From Candidatus Thorarchaeota archaeon (GTDB lineage: Archaea; Asgardarchaeota; Thorarchaeia; Thorarchaeales; Thorarchaeaceae), in the NCBI GenBank assembly GCA_016840855.1, contig JAEORO010000197.1, forward strand, positions 1 to 16,224: 16,224 bases of DNA. Direction: 5' to 3'. The notes under the pieces were generated by a model. The model saw nothing but the letters and a program-made list of their open reading frames with translations, did not search any database and had not been told where the DNA came from. Position 1 is the stretch's first letter. The number at the start of each line of letters is the position of its first letter. The translations under genes and the position numbers were made by a program. Shown piece after piece: positions 8,175 through 16,129 of the stretch.

Positions 8175-9261
8175 TTTTCTTGAGTATATAGATTGCTACA
8201 CCTACTGCCAAGATTACAGATGAGATGATGAGCATTGGAACGATTGCACTTGGTGCTTCTATGAAATCTTGCGACAACCAACCTACAATATTCATGAAGA
8301 GTCGTGCGTTGTCACCCATGTAGAACCATCGGTCGTCAGTATCCGGATGGTCTAGCACTCTGCCGGTAAACATGAGTGTTGAGCCTATCATAACAATCTT
8401 ACTTTCGTTATACTCAAAGGCAGACATCCAAGATGGGAATGTTCCATTTATTGCAGAATAAGAGAGAGGGTCCTGCTCAAACTCTGAGAGGGTCATGTTT
8501 GGAAAAGAGTAGTTTGCCCATGTATTTGGTCCACCCCTGAATTGTGCAAACGTAGTATCATAACCTGAGGCGATTCCACTTGACAATTCGATTGGTTTGA
8601 GTGTGGCAGTCATTGTGTAGAGCTCGTTAATGTTTCTAAATATAGGGTGATTTGCCTTCCAAGTTGTCGTATCTAGTTTTATCATGTATGGGTACGATGC
8701 ATTGAACACACTATGATCGTAATCAAACATTGTATCTGAATAGAAAGTGCCTGTACTAGTTTCATTGACGCTGAACCTTACACCAGTCACATTGATACTA
8801 TCAAGAAGGTCATTAATTGCGATGTTGTCACCCATGTCTTGCATAAGCGCATCAGCCCAATATCTTGAGCTTTGTGTAATAGTGGGATCACCCAAAATGA
8901 ATAGCGAACTGCCATTTACAAGCATTTCTGCAATTCCATTGCATTCTGCAGCTGTGAACGGTGAACTGTCGTCTGGACCAGCTATTATGAGAATATCAAC
9001 ATCATTGAGGACTTTGTCTGTTAAATCATCAGTAGTGATTCGTACCATATATCTTGTTGATTCATTAACCGCATCAAGCATGAGTTTCAAGCCTGTTTCT
9101 GCATTGCTTGCATCATGCTGTGGGCCATGACCAGCGTCGTAGAGTACTACTATGGGATCAAGATCCGCTTGAGCTCTAACTCCTATCTGGAAGCTGGATA
9201 AAAGAACTATTACGGCTACTACTACTGCAAGTACTCTTTTAGCAATCCTGAGCTGATTCAT
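8167..9261 (-). CDS. Secreted, C-terminally membrane-anchored glycoprotein with a GIFT/DUF4350-like (class I amidotransferase-like) domain
   Basis: N-terminal signal peptide; VVLYDAGHG, LNDVDILIIAGP, F...E...I...L.NGSSLFILGD and DNARLFMNIVGWL as in GldG/IFT52-type domains; C-terminal TM helix followed by KKIR; 9 N-x-S/T sequons counted. Confidence 0.7.
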   Translation of the reverse strand: MNQLRIAKRVLAVVVAVIVLLSSFQIGVRAQADLDPIVVLYDAGHGPQHDASNAETGLKLMLDAVNESTRYMVRITTDDLTDKVLNDVDILIIAGPDDSSPFTAAECNGIAEMLVNGSSLFILGDPTITQSSRYWADALMQDMGDNIAINDLLDSINVTGVRFSVNETSTGTFYSDTMFDYDHSVFNASYPYMIKLDTTTWKANHPIFRNINELYTMTATLKPIELSSGIASGYDTTFAQFRGGPNTWANYSFPNMTLSEFEQDPLSYSAINGTFPSWMSAFEYNESKIVMIGSTLMFTGRVLDHPDTDDRWFYMGDNARLFMNIVGWLSQDFIEAPSAIVPMLIISSVILAVGVAIYILKKIR

Positions 9262-9343
9262 TTTGATATTCCGACCTTATGGCTCAGTCAGCGTGCCTGA
9301 CCTTTGGCCGTGTTTTAAAGTTATCTTCATATGCTCTTGGTGA

Positions 9344-9739
9344 TTAATCCGTTCTTCGCCATTCGATATACAGCTTACGTCGTTCTTTGTCAGTAGATGT
9401 ACGAGTTTCATACTCGTTTCGAATCTCAGCAATTCTTTGAGCAAAGAGATGGTAACACATGTTGGTTTCTCGTGAAATGACTGCTTCCTGATAGAAACTT
9501 CTGCAAGTGCAGTATAATTCGGGAATAACGAGATATTGACGACCACGACCCTTCACAATCCATGTCACTGATTCACTTGGACTGAACTTATATCTGATAA
9601 TCTTCCTCTCATCCACAGCCCTCAACGCTTTAACAAACTTCTTTCCATATTTATTTTTGAAATACTCTATGTCGTCTTGTGTGAGGTTCTCCTTTGAGAA
9701 ACGAATTATTTCAGATTGCGGAAGGGACATAATATTCAC
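9344..9739 (-). CDS. SWIM zinc-finger protein, SWS1/ZSWIM7-like
   Basis: YCTC-x15-CYHLFA fits the SWIM consensus CxC-xn-CxH. Stand-alone protein of ~130 aa. Start 9739 or 9730. Confidence 0.85.
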   Translation of the reverse strand: MNIMSLPQSEIIRFSKENLTQDDIEYFKNKYGKKFVKALRAVDERKIIRYKFSPSESVTWIVKGRGRQYLVIPELYCTCRSFYQEAVISRETNMCYHLFAQRIAEIRNEYETRTSTDKERRKLYIEWRRTD

Positions 9740-9794
9740 GCTGTTATCTTACATAACCACGTTAAAATGTTGTATATTAGAAGGCAGACCAGCA

Positions 9795-10646
9795 ATGGAA
9801 ACAGTATTTGATGATAGAGGCATGGTTGTCACATTCGACAATTCTTCAGTCCTTTTAATATCAGATCTTCATTTAGGGATTGAAGAAGAGCTTGCTGAGA
9901 GCAGAGGTGTACATTTTCCATATCAACATCCATCCATGTTAGAAAGGATAGAAGTCTTGGTGGAGAAGTACAATATATCACATCTATTGATTATCGGAGA
10001 TGTAAAGCACTCTATTCTTACTGATAGTTACTATAATTGGGAAATCATACCAGAGTTCATGAAAACACTTTCAAATTATGCGGAAACGACCGTAATTCCA
10101 GGAAATCATGATGGGGATTTGAGAGCTTTACTTCCTCGAAATATCGATGTTACTGATACCTATGGTATATTGATTGGTCCTACAAATGAAAAGGTTGGTC
10201 TTCTGCATGGTCATTCTTGGCCTGCTGGACATATTCTAGATGCCAAACTGATTGTCATTGGTCACAATCATCCAACGGTTCGAAGATTTAGAGATGCATC
10301 AGTTCCTGAGATTGGTCGTTCCTCAAGAAAACGATATGCAGGGACAGTACCAGTTGTTCTGAGGTCGAAGTTAGACAAGAACTGTGTTAGAAATGCAATC
10401 GGAGCACTTGAGATTCCTGATGACCCGGAATGCGCTTTGATTACTCTTCCAAGCTTCAATAAACTCCTGTCAGGGGTTTCTATTAATTATCCTAAGTCTG
10501 TCTTTCTTGGTCCCTTCTTCGAAAACAAGTGTGCACACCTATCGGATTCGGAGGTTTACAGCATTGATGGAATTTTTTTAGGGTCTGTGGAGTGGCTTCG
10601 AGAACGTTTCAACGAAATGATTAAATCCAGTCCAAGCAGGGACTGA
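9795..10646 (+). CDS. Calcineurin-like metallophosphoesterase (COG1407/MPE-like)
   Basis: SDLHLG, GDVKH, GNHDG, HGH, GHNHP and LPSFN motifs. Start moved to ATG 9795 to avoid overlap with the divergent SWIM gene. Confidence 0.9.
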   Translation: METVFDDRGMVVTFDNSSVLLISDLHLGIEEELAESRGVHFPYQHPSMLERIEVLVEKYNISHLLIIGDVKHSILTDSYYNWEIIPEFMKTLSNYAETTVIPGNHDGDLRALLPRNIDVTDTYGILIGPTNEKVGLLHGHSWPAGHILDAKLIVIGHNHPTVRRFRDASVPEIGRSSRKRYAGTVPVVLRSKLDKNCVRNAIGALEIPDDPECALITLPSFNKLLSGVSINYPKSVFLGPFFENKCAHLSDSEVYSIDGIFLGSVEWLRERFNEMIKSSPSRD

Positions 10647-10657
10647 TTTGGACTCAT

Positions 10658-10734
10658 GGGTCGGTGGTCTAGTTTGGTATGATTCTTGGTTCGGATCCAA
10701 GGGATCGCGAGTTCAAATCTCGTCCGGCCCACCA
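10658..10734 (+). tRNA. tRNA-Pro (anticodon CGG), intronless, CCA encoded
   Basis: Acceptor stem GGGTCGG/CCGGCCC followed by A and CCA; D-loop AGTTTGGTA; anticodon stem CTTGG/CCAAG with loop TTCGGAT; T arm GCGAG-TTCAAAT-CTCGT. Possible TATA (TTAAAT) at 10621-10626. Confidence 0.93.
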
Positions 10735-10737
10735 TTA

Positions 10738-11211
10738 TTACTTTTTCATGGACAAAGCGTAAAGGATGATAGCTGCAGTCCCTGCAGGACCAATGTCGAC
10801 TATGGCATCTAAACTATGGCATTCTCCTAGGTCCATTTCCTTTCTTGAGAAAGAGCTGTTACTTCCAGAGAGCATGATGACTATTCGCTCTCCTGATTTT
10901 ACTCGCTCGGATAACTGATTCAAATCTAGACGGTCTTTTGTGAGCACAGGAGATGTGATGAGTAGGGGATTTTTGATACTCAGAACTTCCAGAACATCCT
11001 TAAGATCGGGTAAGACCATGAAGTTCTGTTTCATCTTCATAGCTAATCGATTTGCATCAGGGACACCTGCTTGTGCAGCAGAACCTTCAGCCTTGGAAAC
11101 TACAAAATTTGAGAATCCAAGTCCGTATACTACTTGAGCTGTTTCGATTGTTTTTGATGCTGAATGGACATTATGCAAGACTACATAGATATTCTTGAAG
11201 GAATCAGACAA
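10738..11211 (-). CDS. SPOUT-class putative RNA methyltransferase (COG4080/DUF2122-like, often labelled 'RecB-family nuclease')
   Basis: IYVVLHNVHS, VYGLGF, KAEGSAAQAGVP, VLPDLKD, SGSNSSFSRKE and IGPAGTAAIILY give a SpoU-like layout matching this archaeal family as I recall it. GGAGG at 11228-11224; start TTG 11211 or GTG 11220. Confidence 0.7.
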   Translation of the reverse strand: MSDSFKNIYVVLHNVHSASKTIETAQVVYGLGFSNFVVSKAEGSAAQAGVPDANRLAMKMKQNFMVLPDLKDVLEVLSIKNPLLITSPVLTKDRLDLNQLSERVKSGERIVIMLSGSNSSFSRKEMDLGECHSLDAIVDIGPAGTAAIILYALSMKK

Positions 11212-12169
11212 TTTTAGCACAAACCTCCTGTGCAATTAGGTGTGATACTACTGGAGGAACACTCTCACCCACTTGATTGTATTGGCTATCGGCAAAGCCA
11301 GTGAAGAGAAAGTAATCAGGATAGCTCATCAATCGTGCATGTTCACGTACAGTCAAGAGTCTGTTTTCGAAAGGATGAATATATCGAGAAAGACCAATTA
11401 TTGATGTTGAAAGTTTGTTGGGAAATAAACGGACCCAGTTCGGTAGACTTCTTGTTTTTGAAACACGAAATTGTTTCACACTCTGACCCCAACGAGTTCT
11501 AGAAATAGCTTTGATTTTCTCTTCAGAGAGTGGATAGTCAATATGATTTGGAATATGTGTTTCAGGGTCGAATATCTGGTTAAGACCAAGACTTGGTAGA
11601 TTTCCGATTGTGTCCATTACTGTTGGAGGCGATTTTCGAGGAAACTTCAGCCTAATGTTACTGATAAAGACGCGAAGTCGCCTAGATGGATTCCCATGTT
11701 GATGAGCACGAATTAGGTTGATTTTTACATCATGAATACCCACGCGTTCAAACTCTTTCTGAAGAATTTCTTTACCACCAGCATGAAGTAATGCTGCCAC
11801 ATTCTCAATTACAAAGACTGGTGGTGAGAGATCACCAATAATTCGGATTGTGTCTAGTAGCAGTTTTGCTGATCCTTCACCATAGACCCGCTCAGCTGCT
11901 GGTCTATTACTGGTTGGATTAGCTTTACTAAACTCCTCACATGGTGGTGATGCAATGATGACATCTGGCTTTCCGCCAAACTTCTCTTCGATTTGAATAG
12001 AATGAAGACTATGAATATCAGTCCGCCAAGCAATTGAGTCTGGAAAATTGAGCTTGTATGTTTCTAGAGCTGAAGGGTCGTTATCTATGGCAAGATGCGT
12101 ATCATCAATATAGGGTTTGAATCCGTAAGAGAAGCCTCCTGCACCACAGAATAAATCAAGAATCTTCAT
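11204..12169 (-). CDS. dcm: C5-cytosine methyltransferase (Dcm/COG0270 family), orphan
   Basis: Motif I DLFCGAGGF, motif IV ASPPCEEFS, motif VI FVIENV, motif VIII SRRLRVF, motif IX RLLTVREHARLMSYPD, motif X YNQVGESVPP. Start set at ATG 12169 (MKILDLF). Confidence 0.9.
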   Translation of the reverse strand: MKILDLFCGAGGFSYGFKPYIDDTHLAIDNDPSALETYKLNFPDSIAWRTDIHSLHSIQIEEKFGGKPDVIIASPPCEEFSKANPTSNRPAAERVYGEGSAKLLLDTIRIIGDLSPPVFVIENVAALLHAGGKEILQKEFERVGIHDVKINLIRAHQHGNPSRRLRVFISNIRLKFPRKSPPTVMDTIGNLPSLGLNQIFDPETHIPNHIDYPLSEEKIKAISRTRWGQSVKQFRVSKTRSLPNWVRLFPNKLSTSIIGLSRYIHPFENRLLTVREHARLMSYPDYFLFTGFADSQYNQVGESVPPVVSHLIAQEVCAKIV

Positions 12170-12263
12170 GCACTTTTCACAATCCGTTTCATTTGTATTG
12201 CATATACCTCTGATTATAACAATGTCGAAGGAAGACTTCAAAAGCACTGATTATCTACGGCGG

Positions 12264-12270
12264 TTTTAAA
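12264..12270 (+). promoter_or_regulatory. Putative TATA box (TTTTAAA) of the mevalonate operon
   Basis: Lies 23-29 nt upstream of mvk ATG 12293, which is leaderless spacing. Confidence 0.5.
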
Positions 12271-12292
12271 CTACTGCTTTGAGTGAGAGAGA

Positions 12293-13234
12293 ATGTCAAC
12301 AGGTTCTGGAAAAGGTAAGGCAATTCTTTTTGGAGAACACTTTGTGGTCTATGGACTTCCAGCTCTTGCTGCAGGAATAGCATCAGAAACAAAAGCTATA
12401 GTCACGCGAGTACGTTCCTTTGGGTGGAAACTTGTTGACAAAAGACCAGCCATGCCTGGGTACAAGGAGAAGAAGTATGAGGAACAGAAAGCATCGATTG
12501 AAAACATGCTGAAGCACCTCAATATAGATACTACAAAGACTGGGTTTCAGATTGATTTAGGAGGTGACTTAGTGTGCGCCTCTGGAATTGGAGCGAGTGC
12601 AGCGAGCTGCGTTGCCATTGCTCGTGCACTGAATCAGGAGTATTCGCTTGGTTTAGATGATTATCAGATTAATGAAACAGCCTATATTGGGGAAATGGGA
12701 TATCATGGAACTCCTTCAGGAATTGATAACACCGCATCAACATATGGTGGCCTAATATGGTTTGTACGTGATTTGGATGGAGGACGTCCTAAGTTCGAAA
12801 CTCTAAAGCTGGGGAGTCCTGCAGACCTTGTGATTGCATCTACAGGACTAACTGCTAGTACTAAGGTGGTTGTTGGCGATGTTAGAAAAAAGAGAGATGA
12901 TAATCCAGATTGGTTTGATTCAATATCAAGAGAATACAACCAGTTAGTTAACGATGCTAGAAAAGCACTGATTGAATTGAATTTTGACAAGGTTGGCACT
13001 TTGATGAACAAAAATCATGAGTTATTGCAAAATTTGACAGTTTCCTGCAAAGAACTAGATAATTTGGTCAGTATTGCTCGTGAAAATGGCGCTATTGGAG
13101 CTAAAATGACGGGGACTGGAAGAGGAGGAAACATGATAGCCCTCGCTCCGGATAAAACAACAATGAAAAGAATTGCATCCGCACTAGAGAGAGGTGGTGC
13201 TACAGGTGTGTGGACCACATCATTTGGAGTTTGA
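12293..13234 (+). CDS. mvk: Mevalonate kinase (GHMP kinase)
   Basis: GKAILFGEHFVVYG, SGIGASAA, HGTPSGIDN, GAKMTGTGRGG. Confidence 0.93.
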   Translation: MSTGSGKGKAILFGEHFVVYGLPALAAGIASETKAIVTRVRSFGWKLVDKRPAMPGYKEKKYEEQKASIENMLKHLNIDTTKTGFQIDLGGDLVCASGIGASAASCVAIARALNQEYSLGLDDYQINETAYIGEMGYHGTPSGIDNTASTYGGLIWFVRDLDGGRPKFETLKLGSPADLVIASTGLTASTKVVVGDVRKKRDDNPDWFDSISREYNQLVNDARKALIELNFDKVGTLMNKNHELLQNLTVSCKELDNLVSIARENGAIGAKMTGTGRGGNMIALAPDKTTMKRIASALERGGATGVWTTSFGV

Positions 13235-13243
13235 GGTGAGCTG

Positions 13244-14551
13244 ATGATACTTGAAGAATATATTATGAAATTAAAACAAGATGGGAAAATAACTACAATA
13301 AGTAAAAGCATCTCGAAGAATCTAGAGATTGCTGGAGTTTTAAAAGCTCTCGAGCCTGAGCCTGTTTTATTTGAAAACGTGAGGGAGAGTAGGTTTCGCG
13401 TCGCAGGTAATTTGTTCTGTAACAAAATGCAAGTTGCAGATTATTTTGGGATAACAAGTGAAGAGATAATTCCGACCTTAGCAAATGCCATTGAAAATCA
13501 GAGCAAGCCGGAACAGACCAGCAAAGCACCTTGCCAAGAAGAAGTTGAAGACAAGGTAGATCTTGATATGTTACCAATTCTGTTTCATAACGAGATTGAT
13601 GGAGGACCATACATTTCTTCCGGAGTTGTAGTTGGTTCAGACCCTGAGTATGGGCAAAATCTAGATTTCCATAGAGCGATGCAGATTGGTAAGGACCAAA
13701 TGGTCGTCAGGGTTGTTAGTGGACGTGACTTTCATAGATTCCTAGAGCGTAATGGAGAGGTGGATGTAGCATTCTGCATCGGTAACACACCTGAAGTGTT
13801 GATAGCCGCTGCAACTTCGGTTGAAACAGGAGTCGATGAGTTGGAGATAGCTAATGCCCTGCGTCCAATTAGAGTTACTAAAGCTAAGACTGTAGACCTT
13901 ATGATTCCAGCAGACTGTGAGTTTGTACTTGAAGGTAGAGTAGCACTCCAAGAAAGGCATCCAGAAGGTCCCTTCATTGACCTTACAGAAACTGTAGATG
14001 TAGTTAGACAAGAGCCAATATTCGAAGTGAAGAAGATAACTCATAGAAGGTCTGCGATTTGGCAAGGATTGTTACCAGGTCGTTCAGAACACAAGATATT
14101 GATGGGTATGCCTCGAGAACCTACAGTATTCAAGAAGATAAAGGAACGTGGAATTAACGTTCTAGATGTCTACATTACGCCAGGTGGGGCAAGCTGGTTA
14201 CATGTTGCAGTGAAGATTCAGAAGAAGAATGAGGATGATGGTATTCAGGCTCTAGAGGCAGCCTTCGCGGGACATAAGAGTGCAAAGCACATTTGGGTCT
14301 ATGATGACGACATAGACATCTACTCAGACGAGGAAAGAGAATGGGCAATGGCCACCAGGTTCCAAGCAGATGATGATTTGCTCATTAAGGATCGCGAACC
14401 GGGAAGTTCTCTTGACCCTAGTGCAGAACCTGGAACTAAAATGACAACAAAATGTGGATTTGACTGTACAAAAGTTCTTGATGCCAAGGGAAAGAGCTTC
14501 AGTAAGGCCAAGTTCCCAGAAGTGGATCTCAAGAAGTATCTAGGTGAGTGA
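13244..14551 (+). CDS. ubiD: UbiD-family prFMN-dependent decarboxylase, probable trans-anhydromevalonate 5-phosphate decarboxylase
   Basis: LPIL..DGGPYI, FHR, EFVLEG, catalytic EGPF, EH..LMG.PREP, DDDIDI, WAMATR, GSSLDPS. Located between mvk and the AcnX genes. GAGGTGA RBS upstream. Confidence 0.88.
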   Translation: MILEEYIMKLKQDGKITTISKSISKNLEIAGVLKALEPEPVLFENVRESRFRVAGNLFCNKMQVADYFGITSEEIIPTLANAIENQSKPEQTSKAPCQEEVEDKVDLDMLPILFHNEIDGGPYISSGVVVGSDPEYGQNLDFHRAMQIGKDQMVVRVVSGRDFHRFLERNGEVDVAFCIGNTPEVLIAAATSVETGVDELEIANALRPIRVTKAKTVDLMIPADCEFVLEGRVALQERHPEGPFIDLTETVDVVRQEPIFEVKKITHRRSAIWQGLLPGRSEHKILMGMPREPTVFKKIKERGINVLDVYITPGGASWLHVAVKIQKKNEDDGIQALEAAFAGHKSAKHIWVYDDDIDIYSDEEREWAMATRFQADDDLLIKDREPGSSLDPSAEPGTKMTTKCGFDCTKVLDAKGKSFSKAKFPEVDLKKYLGE

Positions 14552-14552
14552 C

Positions 14553-15740
14553 ATGGGACTCAAACTGACACAAGAAGAGAGAGAGATGCTTGATGGTAAG
14601 CATGGAAGAGCTACGCGTAAGTCTATAGAAATAATCACAACATTAGGTGAGATTTACGGTGCTGAAAGACTCATACCGGTTTCAAGTGTACAGATTGCTG
14701 GAGTATCCTATCATAATCTAGGAGAGGCAGGATTAGAATATCTAGCTGAGATGGCGGAAGATGGTCGAACGAGAGTTCTAACTACATTGAATCCTGCAGG
14801 TATGGATCTTACCGAGTGGAGAAAGCATGGAATTAGTGAGGATTTTGCGATAAACCAACAGAGAGTTGTTGACGCCTTTGAAAAGATGGGGGTGATTACA
14901 ACATGTACATGTACACCCTATCTAATTGGAAATCTACCTCATTATGGAGAACACATTGCATGGGCAGAGTCTTCTGCAGTTTGTTTCTCAAATTCAGTAA
15001 TAGGGGCTTTCACAAACAGAGAGGGAGGGCCTAGTGCGCTTGCATCAGCATTGACAGGGAGAACTGCAGAGTATGGTCTTCATCTTCAAGAGAATCGGGT
15101 TGCTCAGGTAAAATATGAGATAGATGTAGAGCTAAAAGAAACAGATGATTTTGGCTTATTGGGGCAGGTAATTGGAGAACGGACAGGTAAAGAGATTCCA
15201 TATATCACCGGAATCAAACAGGCAACCATGGAGCAGTTGAAGTCTTTTAGTGCGTCAGTCGCAACATATGGAGGAGTAGCAATTTTCCATATAGAAGGAA
15301 TCACTCCCAATAGAACAACAATTCCCGAAGAAACAGAAATTGTCACACAGGATGACTTGAATAGAGCCAGAGTTGCACTTGATGATGAAAATGCAGAGAT
15401 AGATTTCATCAGTGTGGGATGTCCTCATGCAAGCATCAAGGAAATTGCCAATATAGCAGAGATGCTTGAAGGAAAGCAAGTGTCTGACGGGAAGACCGTT
15501 TGGATTACAACTGCGAAGCCAACAAAAGATCTTGCAATAAAGATGGGATTCTATGATAAGATAGAGAAATCTGGAGCATTCCTTGTTGCTGATGCTTGTT
15601 GCGCAGTAGCACCACTAGAGGGGAGATTTACAGGGTTGATGACGGACTCTGCAAAAGCATGTTTCTATGCTCGAGGAAAGAACAAGTTCAAGACAGAGAT
15701 TCGAACTGTTGAGGAATGCATCAAGGAGGCTGTGTCTTAG
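14553..15740 (+). CDS. Aconitase X large subunit, probable phosphomevalonate dehydratase large subunit
   Basis: LT.EE.EML.G..G, QIAGVSY, TTLNPAGMD, CTCTPY, AWAESSA, NREGGP, GCPH, DACC, TDSAKA. AGGTGA RBS precedes ATG 14553 (alternative GTG 14544). Confidence 0.9.
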   Translation: MGLKLTQEEREMLDGKHGRATRKSIEIITTLGEIYGAERLIPVSSVQIAGVSYHNLGEAGLEYLAEMAEDGRTRVLTTLNPAGMDLTEWRKHGISEDFAINQQRVVDAFEKMGVITTCTCTPYLIGNLPHYGEHIAWAESSAVCFSNSVIGAFTNREGGPSALASALTGRTAEYGLHLQENRVAQVKYEIDVELKETDDFGLLGQVIGERTGKEIPYITGIKQATMEQLKSFSASVATYGGVAIFHIEGITPNRTTIPEETEIVTQDDLNRARVALDDENAEIDFISVGCPHASIKEIANIAEMLEGKQVSDGKTVWITTAKPTKDLAIKMGFYDKIEKSGAFLVADACCAVAPLEGRFTGLMTDSAKACFYARGKNKFKTEIRTVEECIKEAVS

Positions 15741-16126
15741 TGCAAGGCAGGAAAATTTTCAAAGGTAAAGTAGTGGGTGAAGCCCTTGTAACAGGTGAAG
15801 ACATCTCATTCTATGGTGGTTGTGACCCTGAAAGTGGAGAGATAGTTGAGAAGGGTCATCATCTGGAGGGAAAATCCGTTTCAGGCAAGGTACTTGTATT
15901 TCCCACAGGCAAGGGTTCCACAGTTGGATCATACGTCCTTTATGCACTGAAGAAGGCTGAAAGAGCGCCACTTGCAATAATAAACAGAACAACGGATCCT
16001 GTGGTAGCTGTAGGTTGTATCATCTCAGAGATTCCTGCGGTTGACCAGATTGAAATTGAGAAAATCAAAACTGGGCAAAAAGTGGAAGTTGACGCCAATA
16101 ATGGCGTCGTTTCCATAATTGAATAG
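15740..16126 (+). CDS. Aconitase X small (swiveling, DUF126) subunit, probable phosphomevalonate dehydratase small subunit
   Basis: GEALV, ISFYGGCDP.SG, G.SV.GKVLVFP.GKGSTVGSY, AP.AIIN, VAVGCIISEIP. GTG 15740 overlaps the upstream TAG, with GGAGG at 15725-15729. Confidence 0.9.
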   Translation: MQGRKIFKGKVVGEALVTGEDISFYGGCDPESGEIVEKGHHLEGKSVSGKVLVFPTGKGSTVGSYVLYALKKAERAPLAIINRTTDPVVAVGCIISEIPAVDQIEIEKIKTGQKVEVDANNGVVSIIE

Positions 16127-16129
16127 AAC

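Noticed and set aside
9657-9794. N-terminal extension of the metallophosphoesterase ORF
   Set aside because: It overlaps the divergent SWIM gene and the shared promoter region. The family fold begins shortly after Met 9795.
11204-12169. Direct assignment of the methyltransferase as Dnmt2
   Set aside because: The diagnostic CFT motif is absent (the region reads STSIIGLSRYIHP), so it is kept only as a hypothesis.
10700-12290. tRNA-anchored integrated element or restriction-modification island carrying dcm
   Set aside because: No integrase, no duplicated tRNA 3' end, no endonuclease and no obvious compositional shift were seen.
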